From contig CM052816.1 of NCBI GenBank assembly GCA_028534125.1, positions 65,102,001 through 65,166,000 on the forward strand: a stretch of 64,000 nt of DNA, read 5' to 3'. Each line of letters begins with the position of its first letter. The first letter of the stretch is position 1. This stretch comes from Lama glama (Eukaryota). The notes under the pieces were generated by a model. It had not been told where the DNA came from, searched no databases, and worked only from the letters and a program-made list of their open reading frames with translations. Positions 1 to 11,890 of the stretch are shown piece after piece. The position numbers were made by a program, and so were the translations under genes.

Positions 1-399
1 TTATGAAAAGACAGAAGCTCAGTGGAGGACTTTGGAGGCACGTACTCATTCTCTGGTGGTGCTCCTGGCTGGGTGGATGCCAGCCCCTCCCTCATCAGGT
101 ATGGTGCCATTGCCTGGAAAGTGGTTAGAGACAAAAGTAGTGATGCCGATGTGTGAGGCTATTGACTTTAGGACGTGCTGAAGTTAGAGTGATCTAGAAG
201 GTTCTTATTGTAATCAGACAGCAGGCAGATAAGATGATTTTAATACTAGGATTAACCCAAGTCAGGATATGAGAGCTTGATGATATACTTGTTTGGGATA
301 AAATACTGGTGAGACAAATACGTTTTAAAAAAGAAAGATTAGAAGAGTCATGAAAGAATTGTGAGTATCCAGCTTCTTCTCACTGTTTCGTTTGCTCCC

Positions 400-1240
400 A
401 CCCAAGTCTAAGTTACCATGATCTCACCCCTGAGTTAAATACCCTCCTCACTAAGCTCCCTATATCCACCCTGCCCCCTGGAGGCTGCCCTCCACACCAC
501 TGAAAATGCAAATCAGGTTTTGCCGCTCCTCTGTCCAAACTTTTCAAGGGCTCCGCATCTCACTAGCAGTGAGACAGAAAGTCTTTACTGTGGCTGACTC
601 GGCATTCCTGAGTCTGCCTCTGGCCCTCTTCTTTGCCCTCCCTCTCTGCCCTCATCTCACACCACTCTTATTCTCATTTACTCCACTTGGGTCCCTCTGT
701 TCTCCTTGCTGTTCCTTGAATATGCCATCCACCCTCCCTTCTCAGAACCTTTCCACATACATATTTATCTCATATTTATCACCATGAGTCCTCCAGATAG
801 TCACATCACCTCCTTTTTCATTTCATTCCCGTTTCTGTTCAAACAGCACATTCTAAGAGATGCTTTTGTGGCCATGGTATCCAAATGGCACACTCACACC
901 CATGTCATCACTTTCTACCTGCTTATCCTGCCTTTTCTTCATAGCACTTAGCACCAACTGTCATATTCTATTAAGTTGAACCATGTGAAATTGCCTTTTT
1001 GTGGGTCGAGAAGAGTCAAATATTGGCCATTTCATATAATTCAACCTAAATATATTTATTAATTTATAATTTTTATGTCAACCTAAAATATATTTATTAA
1101 TTTGTTTATTATTTTTATTCTTTCCCCTGTACTAAGATTTAAACCCTTTGAGTCCAGGGGTGAGATTTGTTTTGGGCAACACCCCCACTGTCTAGAATAT
1201 AGCAGGAACTTAGAAAAGCTGTATGGAATGAATGAAAAGA
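400..1240 (+). mobile_element. L2 (L2a-like) LINE 3' region, interrupted by MADE2
   Basis: Typical L2 3' motifs: 'cttcatagcacttagcacc', 'ttcccctgtactaagatttaaaccctttgag', terminal 'gaatgaatgaa'. Confidence 0.75.
971..1049. mobile_element. MADE2 mariner-derived MITE (~80 bp palindrome)
   Basis: TIRs 'ttaagttgaaccatgtgaaattgcc' / 'ggccatttcatataattcaacctaa', preceded by TA; matches recalled MADE2 consensus. Confidence 0.85.
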
Positions 1241-2279
1241 AAGAAGAAAAGCTGATGAAATTTGTTGATAGTGAGCAAATTAAACTCATATGAAAAGTGG
1301 TCTGTGCTTAGAGATTCTAGAAAAATATGTTTGGAGGAGCTCCTGAGAGAGTCCAGGAAAATCAAGGGACTTATTTGGATTCATGTAAATTACAGTGTAA
1401 AGTTTCTATTTAATTGGAATTCTGGGCTATGTATGGATCTTGAGTTTTTTTCCATATGGTTTCCTGAAACTGAGACTAAGAGGGATAAAACAAATTTTGG
1501 ATAAAACACTTTTGAGCTTAAAAAGTCTCACAGTAGCTAAGTTAGAACAATTTAGCTTGCCAATTGTGTTATAGTTGATTTTTACTTGAGAAAATAAGTT
1601 ATTTTTTACTTTCAGTTCTAGAAACATGACTGATAATTTTAATATTGTTCCTTGTGCAAACACTTAGAAATAATAGATAAAATAAACAACCTCTTTCATG
1701 CATATCCAATCTGCAAGGAAATAGAGGCATCACCATGAGTCAGAAATAAAAATGGAATTGAAAACCTCAGGGACAACCATGCAAACTGATGTTGTGGCTG
1801 CTCTTGGGAGGATGTAATTAGTCTCCCTAAACCAAGGGCATAAGTTTCAACAACCATATGGAGATAGGGAATGAAAAAATCTGACTGTAGTTTGGAACAC
1901 AGATCTTTAGACAAATTTGTGATCTTTCAATGAGGGGCTCTAGAAAAAAATCCACCATTAACACATAAAAGATAAGAAAGTTGTGTCTTAGAGAATAATA
2001 TTTCCTCCAACCACATACCACTGTGGATTTGTACCTCATTTGGATTTGGGATTTGACCATATATAATATGGAAAAGAATCACAACTTGGGAAATTAACCC
2101 AAAAGATCCTAGGCCACTGATAATTCTGAAACATCTGGGTAGAATCAGTTGCAAGCTTCTTGGGAAGGAGATTACCATTAAACCAAGCTTCTGGTTTCCT
2201 ACAGATAAATTCCTTCTCAAGATAAACTTGTAACCTAAAATTATAAAGCATAAGGAAAAAATCCCCCATGAGTAAGAGT

Positions 2280-2950
2280 TATAAAACACAATAACGAGCA
2301 GGATTAAAATCTAATATCTTTGAATGATGGAGCTATCCAATAGACATTATAAAATAAGAGTATTAAAGTGTAATAACCTATAATAAAAAAGAATGTATAT
2401 ATGTATAACTGAATCACTATACCATACATCAGAAACTAACATGACCTATAAATAAACTATACTTCAATTAAAAAAGAATATTGAAAATGATTGACATAAA
2501 AATAAATTGTAAAAAATTAGATTTGCAAAAAATATAAATTCTAAAATTGAAAAATATAGCAGTGGAAATAAAAATTATTAAATGGGCTAGACAACAAATT
2601 AGACACAACTGAAGCAAGAATTAATCAACTTTAATGTAACTTGAAGACATCAACCAGAATGCACTGAGGAGAAAAAGAAAATATGAAAGAGAAGTTAAGA
2701 GACATGTTGGAGAGAAAGAGAAAATTCATTGTTTAATAGGCATTTTAAAGGGAGAGAATTAGGAGAATTGGGAAGAGATAGGAAGAGACAATATCTGACT
2801 GTCACATAATTAAATTAAAAATTTAAGCAAAAAGACAGCAACAAAAAATTCCAGATAGATTTGAAAACTAGTAAACACACTTCTAAACAATTCATGAGTC
2901 AAAGCAAAAACATAACAAAAATTGAAAAATATTTAAAACTTAATGTTAGT
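2280..2950 (+). mobile_element. Old L1M ORF1/ORF2 fragments
   Basis: A-rich L1-like text 'gacaacaaattagacacaactgaagcaagaattaatcaac', 'aaacacacttctaaacaattcatgagtcaaag'. Confidence 0.6.
2371..2473 (+). mobile_element. Short 5'-truncated L1 3' tail nested in an older L1
   Basis: Ends 'actatacttcaattaaaaaa'; degenerate TSD aagagtattaaagtg (2356-2370) / aagaatattgaaaatg (2474-2489). Confidence 0.65.
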
Positions 2951-3686
2951 TCGAGGATGTAAAGAAAAGGGAACCTCTGTACACTATTGGTGGGATTATA
3001 AATTGGAGCATCTGCTGTAGAAAGCAGTATGGAGGTTTCTCAAAAAACTAAAAATGATACTACCATATGACCCAGAAATTCCATTTTTGGATATATATCT
3101 GAGAAAACTTAAAACACTAATTCAAAAAGATATATGGACCCCAATGTACAAAACAGCATTATTTACAATAGTCAAGATACAGAGGCAACCTAAGTGTCCC
3201 CTAACAGATGAGCAAATAAAGATGTGAGATACACACACACACACACACACACACTGGAATATTACTGAGCCATAAAGATAATGAAAATTTGTCATTTACA
3301 ACAACATGGATGGACTTGGAGGGCACTATGCTGAGCAAAATAAATTGGACAGAGAAAGACAAATACTGTATGATATTACTTATATGTGGAATCTAAAAGA
3401 TAGAACAAACTAGTGAATATAACAAAAAAGAATCAGACTACAGAACAAACCAGTGGTTACCAGTGGGGAGAGGGAGGGAGACAGGGACAATATAAGGGTA
3501 GGGGATTGAGAGGTACAAACTATTAGGTATATAATAAGCTACAAAGATATACTGTACAACACAGGGAACATAGTCAATATTTTTAATAACTATAAATGGA
3601 GTATAACCTTTAAAAATTGTGAATCATGATATTGTATAGCTATAAATTATGTAATATTGTACAGCAACAATACTTCAATAAAAAAT
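2950..3686 (+). mobile_element. L1 3' end (ORF2 C-terminus plus 3'UTR), contains (AC)12
   Basis: 'gaggatgtaaagaaaagggaacc', 'ctaccatatgacccagaaattcc', 'acaacatggatggacttggaggg', ends 'tacttcaataaaaaa'. Confidence 0.9.
3231..3254. repeat. (AC)12 microsatellite
   Basis: Direct reading. Confidence 0.95.
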
Positions 3687-3699
3687 TAAATGATATAAT

Positions 3700-4050
3700 T
3701 TAAAAAGTAAAGGAAGATATGATGATGATATTTCATCAAGTAGAGAATGCCAATAAAAAGAAGAAATTATTTTAAAAGTACCCAGTAGAAATTATAGAGT
3801 TGAAAGTTAAAATAACCTAAATGAAAAATTTACTAGAAGGGTTCAACAGAAGATTTGACCTGGCAGTAGAAAGAACTGGTAAAGATATATTGATGAAGAA
3901 TATGCAATCTAAATAACAGAGAGAAAAAGAGTGAAGAAGAATAAACAGAGCCTCAAAGAACTGAGATACCATTAAATACAGCAACATATGGACAATTGGA
4001 ATATCAGAAAGTAGAATAGAGAAGGGACCAGAAAAAGTATTTGAAGACTA
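3700..4050 (+). mobile_element. Old L1M ORF1 fragment
   Basis: 'gaaattatagagttgaaagttaaaataacctaaatgaaaaatttactagaagggttcaacagaagatttg'. Confidence 0.65.
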
Positions 4051-4508
4051 CAATATTTGTTCCTTGAGAAATTGCCTTTTCTTCTCAGAGTCTGACCTTC
4101 CAATTTTATGTTGTTAAAATTTCCCTTTGTATAAAAAAAAGGAAATGTCACTTATAGTAGGTGGCAATTATTTTGTAATGCCTTTAATTTGCAAAATAAA
4201 ATGCTGGCACTCCTATGTTGATCTCAAATTATTGTTATAATGTAAAATTTTTACTATTTCATCAAATCCTAAATTTTTGGAACCACTGGTTTAAGAACTA
4301 TGTGAATTCAGTGGTCCTTGGAACCTGAAAGTTTTGAGGAAAAATAATAATCATTAAAGTTTTAACATTAGAAAGTATTACAGATCTTCAAATGCCTGGC
4401 AAAATACTTACTGCATAGTAAATGTAATGAATATGGGTTGGAATGAATGACAGTTGGATCACAAGTGTGTGACTTGCTCCTGGAATGTGTGTGTCTGTGT
4501 GTGACTGC

Positions 4509-4760
4509 ATCAATTTCTGGTGTACAGCATAATGTTTCAGCCATACATATACATACATATGTTCCTTTTCATATTCTTTTTCATTATAGGTTGCTACAGG
4601 ATATTGAATATAGTTCCCTGTGCTCTGCAGTATAAACTTGTTGTTTTACTATTGTATTGTTGTTTTACTTACTGTATTACTATTTTGTATATGGTAGTTG
4701 GTATCTGCAAATCTTGAACCCCAATTTATCCCTTCCTATCCCCTTCTCCCACTGGTAACC
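4509..4760 (-). mobile_element. L1 3'UTR fragment (artiodactyl-type)
   Basis: 'caatttctggtgtacagcataatg...gatattgaatatagttccctgtgct'. Confidence 0.85.
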
Positions 4761-4761
4761 A

Positions 4762-5063
4762 AACATGGATGGACCTGGAGATCATCATTTAGAAAGAGAA
4801 AGAAAAAGATCATATGATATCCCTTATATGTGAAATCTAAAGATTTAAAGTTGCAAGAAAGTAGGATTATTCTTTGACTCAAAAGGCTTAGAACTCAAAA
4901 GGTAAAACTTAACAAGTTCATACTGTATAGTGCAGGGAGATATATTTGATATCTCGTCATAATTTATGGTGAAAAAGAATATGAAAATGAATCTATGTAT
5001 GTTCATGTATGTACACCAGAAATTGACACAACATTTAAGCTGACTATACTTCAATTAAAAAAA
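4762..5063 (+). mobile_element. L1 3' end with internal deletion
   Basis: 'aacatggatggacctggagatcatc'...'gtacaccagaaattgacac...gactatacttcaattaaaaaaa'. Confidence 0.85.
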
Positions 5064-5849
5064 TATATATATATGGCAAGACTTACTCACACTCCTGTCA
5101 ACAACTAAATTATTGTCTTAGGAGAACAAAGCCATAATGATAACCACAGTATTGCTTAATATCTGCTGCTATTTTAAAGTATCTCCCACGTATTTCATTG
5201 TATTTTAATGTTACTAAACTTTATGTTTCAACTGCTTAAAACTGCTTTAATTGAGGCAATTTAAATTTACATATTCTACTGAGCCATTTTATGCACAAAG
5301 CATTAAAATGTGAAAGTGGTTCTTTCTGATAGACAACAAAGGTAGAACAGTTGGTTATAGATCCTATTTATGAAAAATCAGGCTTGAACAGGGCTAACAA
5401 GAGAATGATTAGAGGGAACGTATTAAACAATTGATTGCCCAAGGGAATCTCATTTCCCACAGACTGTGTCAGCTCACAGTGGGACATCTCCAACCTTTGC
5501 TGTTAGCGTAACTCATTTTTGGTGCAAAATCACTTAAACTATTATGCAACTGCTTCGGTGATGAATATCTCATCTCCCCAGTTGAACTGAGATCTTGATC
5601 TTATACTGGTCTTTATAGTGCCAAAAACAGAGCTGGCAATGTGGTGGGGGCTCAAGACAGAAGGATTTGGGGCATCATTCTGAGAGGTCATGGCTGGTCT
5701 CACAGAAGAGAATGGTTTAATAGGATTATCATCGTCTCATTTGAATTATTTACTGTGACCCTTTGGGGTGTGCATTTTTTCCATACAATTTTTGGTTACT
5801 TTACCTCTTCGAATGTTACCATGTGTTGTTTCAGGTGTGGATTTTGTTG

Positions 5850-6280
5850 AAGATACTGGTTACAAGTGATGATAATCTAACTTAAATGTTCAGCCCAGGG
5901 GTAGGTCTGGATCCAGGACTCTAGAGATATCATTGGGACCATTTCTCTATCATACAGCTCAGTTTTTCCCTGTTCTGACATCATTCAAGCAGACTCCACA
6001 TATAACCTTGCCACCAACTTAACATCCTTTGCCACAAGGTTTACATCCAGTTGCTTCAGCAACCACAGTGGAATGAAAGCTTCTCTGTTCTGATAGTTTT
6101 AATAAAAGTCTCAGGATTGAATTACACTGGATTCATGTACATCACACAACCATCATTGAACCAATCACTGTGGCCAGGGGAGGGTCATGTACCAAGACTG
6201 CCTGAAATGGGGAGTGTGATTTCCCCAAGTTAAATCATGACGTCACTTTAGGAAAAAGGGGGGAATAGAATTCCATGCCC
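5850..6280 (-). mobile_element. MaLR LTR (MLT1J/K-like)
   Basis: 'gaaccaatcactgtggccagggg', 'ggtctggatccaggactc' motifs of old MLT1. Confidence 0.6.
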
Positions 6281-7183
6281 AACCCCCAAAATACATAGTT
6301 TGAATTTGTACCTACTTTTATGACCTATTACCAGTAATAACTACTATTTGAACATACCTTCTCTTTCCTCTGTAACAAACTTCCACCTTTTAGTATCCCC
6401 CAGGTCATCACTACCTTCTCTGTGAAAACAGGTAGAATAAATAAGAGCCCAGTGAAAAGAACAACCTTAAACCTTGTTCATGCCAGAACCCAGGGTTTCA
6501 TCTGACATTTGCCAGAGACTGCTACTTCTAATGAGTGATGTTTACCATTCCATTGCTTTCCAGGTCTCCGTTCACTTTAGGCTGTCAAGTGAGATTTTGG
6601 AAAACTCGTCAGGGAAGGTTTTGTCAACATAATAGAGGCTGAGACCTTTTCTTGTGCTAACATAGTCATTTAGTCTAACATTTTTTCCTCTATGATTGAC
6701 CCAAAGTTCTTCTTTAGTCAAACATCATTAGAGTCAGAAGTCAAGGAACACTTTTGTAATATTAAAAGAAGTTTCCAACTACTCCAGTCCTTGCATCAGC
6801 TGGAATTGAAATCAGTGGTTCACACTCTTAATTTTGCCAAAACAAGAGTAAGTCATATCCGTGGTCAAATGGCACAGCAAAGAAAGATCTAGAAAGATTC
6901 ACCCACTCAGGATATGCATGGCTTTCAATGAGAAATGAGGCTGTAGAATGAAGTTCCCCGCTGCAAAAGATATTATGTCATCCCATTTTTTACCCAGGGA
7001 GCAGTATTTAGGAATAGGGCTTGTTTTTTCTTCAGAACCTCTCTTCTGGTAACTTTATTGAATGATGCCTTGAAAAAATCCCACTATTTCAAAATAGTTA
7101 AAAATTCATTTGAAAATAAGTAAAGCACTCAAGAAGTTTTTAAGTATTTCTAGATTCACACTTTGGTAGTTTGCTTTAAAATC

Positions 7184-7202
7184 GTGTGTGTGTGTGTGTG
7201 TG
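7184..7202. repeat. (GT)n microsatellite
   Basis: Direct reading. Confidence 0.9.
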
Positions 7203-8364
7203 GGTTCGTTTTAGATCTTTCATAATTTGTCACCTCTTAAAAACAAAACAACAATAAGCGCAAAGTCTAAACTTCAGCCAGCACAGCCTCCCATGATGCT
7301 TATTGGCCTATTTTGATCTGTTTTTTTCTTTGAAGAGCTTGAGTGTTACGTGGTCAGCACTATCCAAACAATTAATGTAACAGAGTGAAAATGTCCGTTC
7401 AGCAGAAATAGCTCCTTGTTGAGGGGAGGATAAACTGCCTTTAGATTGAAGATGAGTTATGTAAGACCATTTTCATCCAAAATGATTGGGCTGAATTCCA
7501 GATTTTCCTAATGAAACTGCTGAGTAACTGCTATGCTTGCAGTTGTGGAAGTATTCAATATTAAAGTGTTGAGTCTTGCCACTTGATCAACTACTTTATA
7601 GTTCTAGAAGCTAAACTCAACTGATTGTTCACAGAAGTTGATTGTATAGGAATTTACTTTTGATGCCAGTTAAGTGGGCTAAAGTCTGGGGTGTGAGCAT
7701 TTTTGACTTGTTCTGACTTTTGTTTAAGGAGATCTCTGTGAGAGAATGGGTTTTTCCATTGGCCTTTGGTAAATAGTGATATCTTTTAGAACTTAGATCA
7801 TTTATAAATTAAAGATAATGATACTTGGATCTTCTTAACTTCTCTGAAATAGTCTGAAAACTTCAGTTCAAGATTTAAATGTTTTTATTTACAGCTTTTA
7901 TTGTAAAATACTTCTATCTTGTCTATCTTTAAAAACTTTGGAATCAAGCAAGTTTGATGGCCTAATCTCAGGATAAAGCATTGTGAGTGACAAAAATAAT
8001 ACTTCAAAAGAAAAGTAAATTTGTTAACCTTGTGAGAGGAATGATTTGATTTTGTGATTTTTATTTCTGAATGCAAATAACACATTATAAACTTAAAAAA
8101 TAATATTAGATAACTATTGGCATTAAAAGAGGATTAATGTTCTGAAGAGAATATATTCAACATATCAGAATGTCTATCATTTATGAGTGATAAAATGCAT
8201 ATACTTCTACTATTAAATTATAATTCTCCAGTGCCTTGAAATTCTCAGTTTGGGATTGTTTGCTTCTTATTTTAAGCAGAAAAAATACTGATAAAAAATC
8301 CATATGCATCAATAAACTTTTATTAAAATTCTTTAAAATTGATATCTAATTATTCTTAGTTCAT

Positions 8365-8840
8365 AGCTGTTCATTATTACTGCATTCAAACTACTCTAGA
8401 ACTTAATGGCTTAAAAATAATAATTTTTTACTATTTCTCATGATTCTCACACCTGGGGCGGGCTTAGCAGGCAGTTATTTCCCTGGTGGTCACTCTTGTG
8501 GCTATATTCAGCTGGTGGGCTAGCAGTGGGCTGGGGCTTGGCTCATTTGGGAGGGTGGGATGACTGGGTTTCTCTCCCTCTGTGTAGTTTCAGGGCCTTT
8601 CCCTTTTTACATGGTGTTACCACATGGTCTCTTTAATAGTAGAACTTTTTATACAGCACTTCACGGTGCCCAGGAGTGCAAGAGTAAGAGTTTCTAGGTC
8701 TTCTTAATGCTTAGACCCAGAACTGGCACATCACTTTTGCAGCAAACTTTCAGTTAGAGAAAGTCACAGGGCCATCCTAGGTTCAAGGAGAAAGGACAAC
8801 ATGAGGGTGTAATACGTGGAAGCCACTAAAGGAGAGAGTC
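8365..8840 (-). mobile_element. MaLR LTR (MLT1G/H/I-like)
   Basis: 'aacttaatggcttaaaa...tttctcatgattct', 'cagaactggcacatcactt', 'aagtcacagggccatcctaggttcaagg'. Confidence 0.75.
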
Positions 8841-8849
8841 TCCTGCATT

Positions 8850-10250
8850 AGCATTTATTGATTCATTCAGATGACATGCAGTATTGCTATATTTGTTATG
8901 AAGTATAGGGTGCCATGAGGGTAGATGAGTATTAGGGAAGGGAAGTCAGTATAACTTTCACTGAGGAAGAGATGCTTTAATTCAGATTTAAAGGATGAGG
9001 GGAGTAGTGAGGTGAAGTGATGGGGCAAGGGGAGAGGTACATTCCAGGAGGTGACCTGGAGGTGGAAGAAAATGCAACATTGAGGGAAGTTGGGTATTTG
9101 AGGAAATGAAAGTAGACAATGTGACTATAATACAGCAAGCTAGGGCAAGAGGGATGTGAAATGGGGCAGAAATGGAAAGTGGGAGCCAAAGCACATATGG
9201 CCTTGTCAGTTGTAATAATTTGTCAGAGCAACAGAATACTATTGAAGGATTTAAGGGATTAGGTGGGGATGATGGCAGTTCATTAGGTTGACAATTTGTG
9301 AAAATAAATCCAGTCTCTGTGGGAAGAATGAATTTAAGAGGACAAGACTGAACATAGAAAGACAAATTAGGAGGTTGTCACAAGAGTCTAGGTGAGATAG
9401 GATGATAGAGAGATGTGGAGATTAAGTGAGAGAATGGGATGTTTAGCAGGAAAAATAGTACCTGGTTTGCTATGACCTGGGGGAAGAGGAGAGAAGAAAA
9501 AGTGGAGAATGTCTTCTGGGTTTCTTGTTTGTAGAGCTACATGAATGGTGGTACCTTTACCTTGATCTATGTCAATGTCATCTATGTAGGTATGTATGTA
9601 TATGTATCGTTTGTCTATCTTTCTCTGAAGGAAAATCAGATGTTAGCATAGAAAGGGGGAAAGAAAGTCAGAAACTTGGATTTGTATATATTTAATTTGA
9701 GATGCTTTTAAGAAATTTCAGGAAGAGATGTTGAGTTAGATCCAAGAGTATGGATCTCAGAGAAGTCCACTTTGGACATTAAATTTTTGATTGATTGTTG
9801 ATGATGGACGATGGAACCTGTGAGCACAAATGAGATTACTTAGGGAGAGACAATAAATTTGAAGAGATGGGGACATCAGACTGAGCCTTGAGGAACTGAA
9901 TCTTTTAAAGCCTGCTTGAGCAGGCAGAGACTGAGAATGTGGGGAAATCCAGAAGAGTGTGATGTCACAGACATCAAAGAGAGAGAGTTTTAGAGAAGGA
10001 GAGATTGGATAGCAACGTTAAATGCTGCTGCAGGGTCAGCTAAGAGGAGGAAAAGAAAGCCCATTGCATTTACTGACAGAGAGAAAGTCATGGTAACCTT
10101 TCCAGAAGTGTTTTGGTAGAGATGTGGAAGCAGGCTGTATTGGGATAAGACTGAAGAGTAAGGAAACAGTGAGGAAAGGAAGACAGATAATGATTCTGAT
10201 CCTTAAAAGAGATTCGGCTGTGAGTGGGTGAGAGATATAAGATGGTTGTA
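8850..10250 (-). mobile_element. L2 LINE, long degraded fragment
   Basis: Purine-rich antisense L2 text 'gaggaagagatgctttaattcagatttaaaggatgag', 'gactgagccttgaggaac', 'gtcatggtaacctttccagaag'. Confidence 0.75.
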
Positions 10251-10472
10251 TGGGGATGTGCAGTTTGAAGAGATCAGACATAATGGGTCAACTAGGGAAT
10301 GTGGAAGCACAGCTGGGAGGATCACATTCTCTTTAATAATTGACTTACTTGTCAGCATGCAATTCACAAGTAGCTACCCTTTCCAAGGTAGTATTTTAAA
10401 ATTTTTTAAAATGCTTTTATTTCCTAAAGAGCAGAAATAAAGGTAATAAATAATACTTACAGTTATCAAGAA

Positions 10473-10987
10473 CTGTGAAGGATCTGAATTTCACAGATTT
10501 GTAAGCTAAGATGTTGTTAGCCTGACCCAGTTTCAGAAAAGCCATCAGAAGACAGAGACCAATGGCTTTATTACTGATGGCACTGCAGATGATGTGAGCT
10601 TTATGTCTGTGTCAGTAACCTTTCCCCCAAGTTCTGTGGAGGCAAAATGAAGAAGTCAAGTTGGATGCTGCACACACAGTGCATTTGCATCACAGGTGAG
10701 GAGCAATGAGCTCAGGGAACCTGAATCTTTTATAATAGGCTACAGCAAACCAGACCAACCTTGGCCCTGTAATAAACGTAATGTAAGAAAGGCTGTATTA
10801 GCTTTATCATAGTGGACAGTAAACAAACCACCCCTCTGTTCCATAGGAAAACACCATCCCTCTCTAGCTTCTGAGGCTGTTTGCTATACAAACATGCTTG
10901 AAAAGAGAGTTCTAAGCCTATGCTTTAAGTCTCTGCTGAGAAGAGGTTACAGAAACATGGGAGACTTGTGGACAACTGCATTTACAG
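10473..10987 (-). mobile_element. ERVL solo LTR (LTR40-like)
   Basis: 'ggatgctgcacacacagtg', 'aatcttttataataggct', 'ggctgtttgctatacaaacatgcttgaaaag' match recalled LTR40. Confidence 0.7.
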
Positions 10988-10989
10988 GC

Positions 10990-11590
10990 ATTTCCTATGT
11001 GCTAGGCACTATTCTTACATTTATTTTCTAGTCCAGTGCTCACAACAGTCCTTTGAGATACTGTATTGATCAGCCTGGGCTGTCATAACAAAGTATCACG
11101 GACTGTGTGTCTCAAACAGCAGAAATTTACTTCTCACAGTTCTGGAGGCTCTAAGCCTAATTTCAGGGAGTTGGTAGAATTGGTTTCGGTTGAGACCTCT
11201 CCTCCTGGCTTGTAGTTGGCTGCCTTTTCACTGTGTCCTCACATGGCCTTCCTTCTGTGTGCCTCTCCTCCTGGTATCTTCTTCCTCTTCTTTTCCAGTC
11301 CTATAGGATTAGAACCCCATTCTTAGGACCTCATTTAACCTTTATGTCCTCCTTAAAGGCCCTGTATCCAAATGCAACCACCTTGAGGTGTAAGGCTTCA
11401 ACATAAGAATTTTAGAGGGGACACAATTCAGTTCATAACAGATAGTAAATGTTATTAATTACTTATTGCAACTATTTTACAGATGAGAAAACTGGGTCTT
11501 AAGTTGAGAAACTTTAGCAAGATCAGAAAAGTCAGTGATGGAATGGGATTTGAACTGAGCTCCAAACTCACATCCCACTCTCCGATGTAA
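10990..11590 (-). mobile_element. MIR SINE split by an MLT1A insertion
   Basis: 'tatgtgctaggcactattct...ctcacaacagtcctttgagata' resumes after the LTR as 'attttacagatgagaaaactggg...gggatttgaac'. Confidence 0.75.
11062..11440 (-). mobile_element. MaLR solo LTR (MLT1A/A0-like)
   Basis: TG...CA ends, 'ttctcacagttctggaggct', 'ggggacacaattcagttcataaca'; 5-bp TSD gatac/gatag. Confidence 0.9.
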
Positions 11591-11739
11591 CTAGGATGAG
11601 TATTTTGTATTTTTTAGTATTTCAGGGGAAAAATGATTTCTTAGATTTTGGATCAGAATGGCTGGTCTTGGGAAAGAACGTTACAGTATGAGCCACAGTT
11701 TATTAGCCAGATTGATTGATTGACTTCCTTCTTTCCTTT

Positions 11740-11890
11740 TTTCTTTCCTTCACTCCTTCTATCACACAACATTTATTCAGAAGTTCAACATATGTTTGTT
11801 AAATTCTACTATGGCCAGTCACTGGTCTAGGTGCTGAGGATCCATCAATGAACAAAATAAATTCCCTGATCTCATGCAAGTTACACTCTT
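11740..11890 (-). mobile_element. L2 3' end
   Basis: 'ctactatggccagtcactggtctaggtgctgaggatccatcaatgaacaaaa'. Confidence 0.7.
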
